A DNA stretch of 64,000 nt, taken from Octopus vulgaris (taxonomy: Eukaryota). Positions 56,012 through 64,000 of the stretch are shown one piece after another. Below the pieces are notes generated by a model, which did not search any database, was not told the origin of the DNA, and worked only from the letters and a program-made list of their open reading frames with translations. A program made the translations under genes and the position numbers. Where the stretch lies: NCBI GenBank assembly GCA_951406725.2, contig OX597821.1:11656001-11720000 (forward strand). Reading direction: 5' to 3'. Numbering within the stretch: position 1 is the stretch's first letter; each line of letters starts with the position of its first letter.

Positions 56012-56210
56012 AAGGCGGCAAGGTGGCCGAATCGTTAGCACCCCGAGCAAGATGCTTAGCGGCATTTCATCGGTTTTAATATTCTGAGGTCGACTTTGCC
56101 TTTTATCCTTTTGTGGTCGACAAATAAGCACTAGCCGAGCACTGGAGTGAATGTAATCGACTAACCCCTTTGCCATTATTGCTGGCATTTTGACAAAATT
56201 TGAAATCGAT
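56012..56210 (+). mobile_element. SINE family B (diverged)
   Basis: aggcggcaaggtggccgaatcgttagc...gaggtcgactttgccttt. Confidence 0.75.
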
Positions 56211-57208
56211 ATTTATATAGATATTGTTTATAATGTGTCACTACAACTTGACAAGCGGTATTGGCAATTTAGGGCTTCAGTAGTTTCACTAAATTGAACG
56301 TTAATATAAGGATTCAACTAAGTATGGAGGCCAATGTGTTCGGCTGCTACTATAGGGCAACACTTCAGTATGTTCTCATTGCATTGAGTGAAGAAGGTAT
56401 GAGAGTATATAAGAGAAACAACACCGAAGAGATAACTTAGAAACTCTGTCATGTTTTCGTCCTTATTATAACGCCAACAGTGCACCATAGATTTCTGCCA
56501 GACGTACTTTCTGAAGTAGCTATAGGAAATTCAAGCAGCAAAATGGAGAAGAGGATATATTAGCTGGCATAGAAAAACTAAAATTTTTTAGAAAATAAAT
56601 TACTCTAATGTTTCTTGCCTTCAGCTCATACACCTACATATTCAAAAAATTTATACTGACTTAAGTGTATTACAAAGCAATTCTAGTAACCATTTTTAAT
56701 TTTCATTTTCTTTTACTTTCATTTCATCGCGTTTACTATTCTCATAATCACATCATGGAATCTATTTAACGTTTTAATGTTTATAGCTAGAAATTACCTC
56801 ATTTTGTTTGCGTAGTGGTTGGGGTATGTGTGTGCTTTGGTTTAAACAGAGTTAAGTTTAAGTATGCAGTTAGAGTTTCGGTGCCTAATTAAATTACGGT
56901 TGATGTAGGCTTGGTAACCACTCCTTAATTGAATATTAAATTACCCTTAAATATGTGATTTAAATATATTTATCTAATAAATTAGAGCCGTAGAAAGGAA
57001 CTATAAATTTGTGGATTTCTGTGGAACACTAACGCTAGAGATTAAGATTTTATAACAAATAAAAGCAGAAAAGTTTTTCAGGACTAAACACTGCTTTTCG
57101 GGAATAAATAGCGCAAGAACAAATCATCCAAGTGTTTATCTATCCTATCTAGTAAACTGGAAATTGAGGGTATTTATGTTTATCGTTATCTTTTACTTGT
57201 TACAAACA

Positions 57209-57284
<76 letters not shown>

Positions 57285-57287
<3 letters not shown>

Positions 57288-59460
57288 AAATAAATACATG
57301 GAGTTGAACGAAAGTGTTAACAAAATTCCTTTACTCTCGACATATGTTTCGGAGACAACATGGTTTTATTCCAAAGGAATAAACGGTTTAAGATGCAATC
57401 TTCTCTTCAGGAAAGAAAGGGAGCCTCTCTCAACAACAAGACATTATAACAATTACGATGACTGCCTACATGGTAAACAAAACGTTAATAAGTGTTTTAA
57501 AAAAACCGTTAGTAGAATTGACGTCAAAGTTCGATAGTAGGAAGAGAAGGGTTAAAGGAATAATAAGTAGGGAACAAATAGAGAGGGAGGGGTACGTTGA
57601 TTAAGAGAATATTCAAAGGTTTCGGAAAGAATTTCTCTATTGAAGTGGAGTGCACGTTAAACTAATTGTTCAAACTATAATGACTATCGAAATCATTTAT
57701 ATGAGTAAAAAGTATGTTTCTGCCAGTGTTTACATTTGTACGATTTCTCTATAAGTGTGTTTACAAGGGGATTCTTAGAAAAGAGAATATGGAAGAGTTC
57801 AGAGTTGCAAATGTTGCAAAATCTCCTGCCCTTATCAAAAGGAAAGGATACAGACAGTATGAACCAATCTAACTTAAAATCTATATTATTGTCTTTAAGA
57901 TGCCAAACTAATTTACTTAGCCCTGTACTATGTCGTTTTTTTACTATCCCTAAATGATGAATAATGGTTTGAAATTCTCTTGTATAACTGGGAAGTGGAC
58001 GCACCTATATAGAAGAAGACATCGGTACCGGAAGAAATTTTACACTGGTATATAGAATTCTTAATCTTAGAATTATTAGACAAAAATTTAATTCTGTTGG
58101 GGTTGTCCTCCGAGATCGAAACGAAATTTTTATTGCTATGATTGTTGTTACTATTATTATTACCACCACTAACAACACTATTCTTATTATTATTAGTATT
58201 ATTATTGATAATACAACTAATAATACTATCAATAGTAATACCGTTATTATTATTATTATTATTAACATTACCATTGTTATTAACACGACTATTACTATTA
58301 TTATTATTAACATTGTTATCACCATCACTATTATCATTAATATTATTATTAATACTATTCTTATTATTATAATTGTATGAGGGGTTGGCATTAGCAAGAT
58401 TAATGCTGGAACTCCCGGGTGAAGAACCTTTATTTAGCGGCTTGGTATTTTGAGAAGATATAATTTGTGAAAGATTTCTAGTGTTAGAGAAAGCGATTCT
58501 AACTATGTGGGAATTGATAATAGAATAATATCTAGAATTTTTGGGAAAGTTCTTAGCAACAGCTTGACGGAACTGCAAGAGAAGGTTCGATTTAATTTGT
58601 TTTCCGAAAGGGATTACGAACCAGTGACTTTTGAATTGTACGTAGTGTTATGTGTAAAAGTAGGGAGAAATTTCTGGGTTGGGAATTTAGGGTTAAATAG
58701 CGCTTACTTCCCCTGGTCCGTAAAGAATTTATATTATGTATTGGGCTACTTACACTATTAGAATTAAAATCACAATTCCTATTACAAATATCTATTTTAT
58801 CTGGAGAAGCAGATGTAGGTCTAGAATGAGCAGAATCGATATATGACACTTTCTCTTTATAGCCAGCTTTTAACAAGGCGGCGTTATAGAAGTCTGTCAA
58901 CGTAGGCAGATAATTTAGACAGTCTAAGAGATATGTTTTTGACTAAGTTATCGGTAACTACCCTAGCGTGATTACTGTAAAGATTTGTGGAAGGTTTATG
59001 ATATGGGAAGTATGAGTTATTCTGTAAATTGAGGATGATGTCTAAGAAGTTGGCTTTAGTTAACTCATCGCCAAAAACGATGCGCAAGCCCATTCCATTA
59101 AAAAATCTAACTAATCTATTCTTAACCTTCTGTATTTTTTTATTTGAAATGTTTTGGAGGTAAAGCAGACAATCGTCGCGATAAAGACCTCCGCAGATGT
59201 CCGGGAACTGGTCTGCCATTTCGTAAAGAATATATATTCGACCAAATCGGCTATCGGGGCGCTGTCTGTACTTCCCATTAATACATCAAACGCATTAGGG
59301 GTATCACTGCGGACCCACAACTTGCTATCGAACTTGATGAATGATTTCCTAGCAGTCAGTATCACATTAATTTTCTTCCCTAGAGAGGCCTGCCTTATTG
59401 TGTGCGTGCCATAGTGCCATAGGGCCTTATTAAGTATATTAGTATTAAGTATAATCGTAT
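57285..59460 (-). mobile_element. 5'-truncated, frameshifted Penelope-like element (RT plus GIY-YIG) in (TA)n
   Basis: RT motifs LMGSTDSAPIADLV, GGLYRDDCL, NFLDIILNL, YHKP. EN motifs SIYQCKI..FYIGASTSQLYKRISNH and CNICNSE..KCKH. HHR in the 3' terminal region. Confidence 0.92.
57334..57415 (-). ncRNA. Type I hammerhead ribozyme in the PLE 3' terminal repeat
   Basis: Reverse complement ctttc-CTGAAGA-gaaga...tttattcc(ttt)ggaataaa...tctcc-GAAA-catatg-TC-gagag. GUC triplet and palindromic helix III. Confidence 0.82.
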
Positions 59461-59467
59461 TATATAT

Positions 59468-59639
59468 ATGAAAAAAACAAAAGACGAAGATAGGTGGTGT
59501 ACAAAACAAACAGGTGTATTAGTATAACGCTCAGGAATAGAAAGTCTTTTACGTTTCGAGCCTACGCTCTTCTACAGAAAGGGACACAGAAAAAACAAGG
59601 AGAGAAAAAATGTGTGTAGTGGCTAACGATCTATCATGG

Positions 59640-59640
<1 letters not shown>
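59468..59640 (-). repeat. Repeat family C with HHR-like motif (59546-59581)
   Basis: Reverse complement cttt-CTGTAGA-a-gagc(gtag)gctc-GAAA-cg-TA-aaag. Confidence 0.7.
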
Positions 59641-59728
<88 letters not shown>

Positions 59729-59749
59729 CCCTAGTTATAATTTGACGAT

Positions 59750-60342
59750 ACAAACCGGTATCTTAAACAATTGCCAGCAGTTGTTGGCAAATGTGCACTC
59801 GTCGTTCATTAGAAAATTTCAACAATATCTTCTCACTACCCCGAGCTTATGAAGGTGTCGACTAATGGTGTTTGTGAAGGACCAAGGTCTTCCGACAATA
59901 TACGAGTGGTTGTGCTTCGCTGATGTGCAACCATTTGAAAAAATACCTTATCTTTCACAATAGAATGTCTGCCTGACATTGGTCTGTCTAAGAAGCTATT
60001 GCCACTTTCTTGAAATCTCTGAACGAGTTTCGTGCCACAGTTTAATTGATTGTTCCGTGAACTTCAGTATCATTAATTTCTTCCACCACCACCACCCTTC
60101 CATTCAGTCCTTTTCCCACCGGTTGCGTAAAATGGCTCCATAGCAATTTTTCTTTTACTGCGCATCACCAAAGTTGTAAAATAAACTATAGACATTCAAT
60201 ATTCATATGTTATATATCGCAATTAAGAATAAATAATTCAGCAACGACTGGACAAATTGTATCACACTAGAAATATAACATGGAGATACAGACTGTTTAC
60301 ATTTTTCAGTGACAATCTGAAAAGACTTTTCACTGAACCTTG
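59750..60342 (-). mobile_element. Degenerate mariner 5' fragment
   Basis: Minus-strand QRFQESGNSFLDRPMSGR...RSTTTRILSEDLG resembles the mariner HTH/SGRP region. Ends at TA. Confidence 0.55.
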
Positions 60343-60350
60343 TATGTGTG

Positions 60351-60788
<438 letters not shown>

Positions 60789-60796
60789 AGATGTCT

Positions 60797-60845
<49 letters not shown>

Positions 60846-60989
60846 AAATTGCGAAGATAATCTGGCATTCGACTGGGGAAAGAAAACATCGAATGACCTG
60901 TCCTTGGTTTCTTTGTATCGTCTATCTGGATGTTTTGTTGGCTAATTTTTGTATCACCAAAATGTCCGGATGTTTTGCGTTCTTGTCCA

Positions 60990-61131
60990 ATTTGTATTGT
61001 TTTTTTCCCTCCTTGTTTTTTTCTGTGTCCCTTTCTGTAGAAGAGCGTGGGCTCGAAACGTAAAAGACTTTTTTTCAATTCCAGAGCGTTATACTAATAC
61101 ATCTGCTCGTTTTGTACACCACCTGTCTTCG
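60990..61131 (+). repeat. Repeat family C with HHR-like motif (61031-61066)
   Basis: cttt-CTGTAGA-a-gagc(gtgg)gctc-GAAA-cg-TA-aaag. Confidence 0.7.
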
Positions 61132-61143
61132 TGCCAACCACCA

Positions 61144-61181
<38 letters not shown>

Positions 61182-61189
61182 TAGTGGTT

Positions 61190-61478
61190 GGCACTCTGTC
61201 GGTTACGACGTCAAGTGTTCCAGTTGATCCAATCAACGGAACAGCCAGCTCGTGAAATCAACGCTCTTTGAAATACAGGTACAACAGAAACATAAAGAAA
61301 GAGTGAGGGAAAGTTGTGGTCTAAGAGTACAGCAGAATCCGCTCCCTTCTCCTGCTGGAATCTTGTGGAATTTTAGGTGTTTTTTTCAATAAACACTCAC
61401 AACGCCCGGCCTGGGAATCGAAACCGCGATCTTACGACCGCGAGTCTGCTGTCCTAACCACTGGGCCATTGCGCCTCC
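61190..61478 (-). mobile_element. tRNA-derived SINE family E (internally deleted)
   Basis: Reverse complement of 62019-62410, lacking ~100 bp. Confidence 0.85.
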
Positions 61479-62018
61479 ATATATATATATATATATTTAT
61501 AAATGCATGGTGTGTGTGTGTAGGTGTTTGTATACGTGTGCGTGTAGAAATATTAGACTTACAAAAATGAAATAGAGGTGAAGTCTATTCTGTTCAAGTA
61601 GAAGATAATATGGCATCATCGACGGAATTCTGTTAATGAAATGAATAACTGAATCACAAACCGAACGAGCAATTGAAATTATGTAATACAGCTTACATGT
61701 TATAAGCAAGGGTTCTTGGAAATCCAATTATTTTCGTTATAGAAATATTCACTCACACACGCATAAATATATACACTTATATAACTTTTATTACAGGGGA
61801 TTCATAAAGAATCTATAAAGTGCATCGAAGTGAAACATGCCACAAATTGCCTAGACAGAATATCGCAAAGCAGGCAGTTAAGTAATCGATTATCATCGAA
61901 CGGAATGCGTGAAAAGGAAGTTCATTGTTGTAAATAGTCCACGAATCCAAAAGTATCCAAAAGTATGCAACAATGAATGGGACATTAGGGTGACGTAAGT
62001 ACTTAATATTTACACGGG

Positions 62019-62411
62019 CGGAGGCGCAATGACCCAGTGGTTAGGGCAGCGGACTCGCGGTCATAGGATCGCGGTTTCGATTCCCAGACCGGGCGTTGTA
62101 AGTGTTTATTGAGCGAAAACACCTAAAAGTTCCACGAGGCTCCGGCAGGGGATGGTGGTGATCCCTGCTGTACTCTTTCACCACAACTTTCTCTCACTCT
62201 TACTTCCTGTTTCTGTTGTACTTGTATTTCAAAGGGCCGGCCTTGTCACTCTCTGTGTCACGCTGAATATCCCCGAGAACTACGTTAAGGGTACACGTGT
62301 CTGTGGAGTGCTCAGCCACTTACACGTTAATTTCACGAGCAGGCTGTTCCGTTGATTCGGATCAACCGGAACCCTCGTCTTCGTAACCGACGGAGTGCTT
62401 TCATCCATCCA
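62019..62411 (+). mobile_element. tRNA-derived SINE family E, full length
   Basis: ggaggcgcaatgacccagtggttagggc...tttcgattccc head and (tcca)n tail. Confidence 0.87.
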
Positions 62412-62557
62412 TAATATTTACACGATTCTCAATTAATCATCGTAACCAAATATTCGGTTATCCTGATGAGTTGAGAGAAACGTAACATTAACTAATGTTA
62501 TGTATATTGTGTATACTGCATACCTGATTGTACTATATTTACGACAAAATAATGTCT

Positions 62558-62853
62558 TTACTCTTCTTTCACTCTTCTACATATTTCAGTAATTTCACTG
62601 TGGCCATGCTGGAGCACCGCCTTTAGTCGAGCAAATGAACTCCAGGACTTATTCTTTGTAAGCCTAGTACTTATTCTATTGGACTATTTTGTCGAACCGC
62701 TAAGTTACAGGGACGTAAACACATCAGCATCGGTTGTCCAGTGATGTTGGGTGGACAGTCACAGACACACAAGCATACATACATACATACATACATACAT
62801 ACATACATACATACATACATACATACATACATACATACATACATACATACACA

Positions 62854-62924
<71 letters not shown>

Positions 62925-63055
62925 GACGGGCTTCTTTCAGTTTTCGTCTACGAAATCCACTCACAAGGCTTTGTTTGGCCGGAGGCTATAGTAAAGGACA
63001 CTTGCCCAAGGTGCCACGCAGTGGGACTGAACCCGGAGCCATGTGGTTCGGAAGC
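62558..63055 (-). mobile_element. SINE family A
   Basis: Similar to other copies. Confidence 0.85.
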
Positions 63056-63306
63056 ATACGTAATCCATCTGTCTATTATATTATGAAATTGGATATAGAC
63101 GTAAAAATACACGTGCATTCTCGCGCAGGCTCGAGCACACGGAGATGATAGTGTGTAACAGAAGGTATTTCATGAGAAAAGTTAATCTGGACCCCGCAGT
63201 TAGTTTCAAAATCAAGCCAAGGTTGTACTTATTCTATAATGTGTGTATATACATATATCCATACACACACACACATATATATATACACACACAAACACAT
63301 ACGTAC

Positions 63307-63812
<506 letters not shown>

Positions 63813-63845
63813 ATATACACACACACGCACACACATATTTGTATA

Positions 63846-64000
63846 CTGGGTCATCCCTTAAATAATGCAGTTTTTAACATTCATTTTTTCAAAATTAAGA
63901 TAAACAAGCTTCTTTTTTAATCTACAATATAAAATATACTCTCCTTCATTTTCTAGAATTCACTTCAACCTATCTGGTAGATTGCAAGGCTCTTCTTCCA
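63846..64000 (-). mobile_element. Mariner 3' end (runs off window)
   Basis: TIR ctgggtcatcccttaaataat and remnant NLPDR, as at 10447. Confidence 0.65.

Noticed and set aside
62455-62490. CTGATGA-gttgaga-GAAA-cg-TA hammerhead-like string
   Set aside because: There is no helix II pairing and helix I is unconvincing.

Overview
This is AT-rich, gene-poor metazoan genomic DNA. The SINE families and extreme (TA)n/(CA)n/(TCTA)n/(CATA)n density suggest an octopus-like cephalopod (inference). There is no complete host gene; one candidate 213-bp exon lies at 786-998, and nearly all track ORFs are microsatellite artefacts. Recognisable content is transposon-derived: two Penelope-like elements (PLE; GIY-YIG, one with RT), an RTE LINE, Tx1/L1-like 3' fragments, an ORF1-only (CCHC) element, two RLE (R4/Dong-like) fragments, Tc1/mariner remnants, a non-autonomous Helitron and many tRNA-derived SINEs. 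The most notable signal is about 10 type I hammerhead ribozyme (HHR) motifs, read by eye. They occur in 350-470 nt tandem 'retrozyme'-like units, in PLE terminal repeats and in solo fragments, and include compensated U3-A8 core variants. Many insertions are fold-back (inverted) and sit in (TA)n tracts. In one array the sense copy starts at the predicted ribozyme cleavage site. One fold-back is built from the 3' half of U6 snRNA plus flank. All folds were derived manually and none has been computed or tested.
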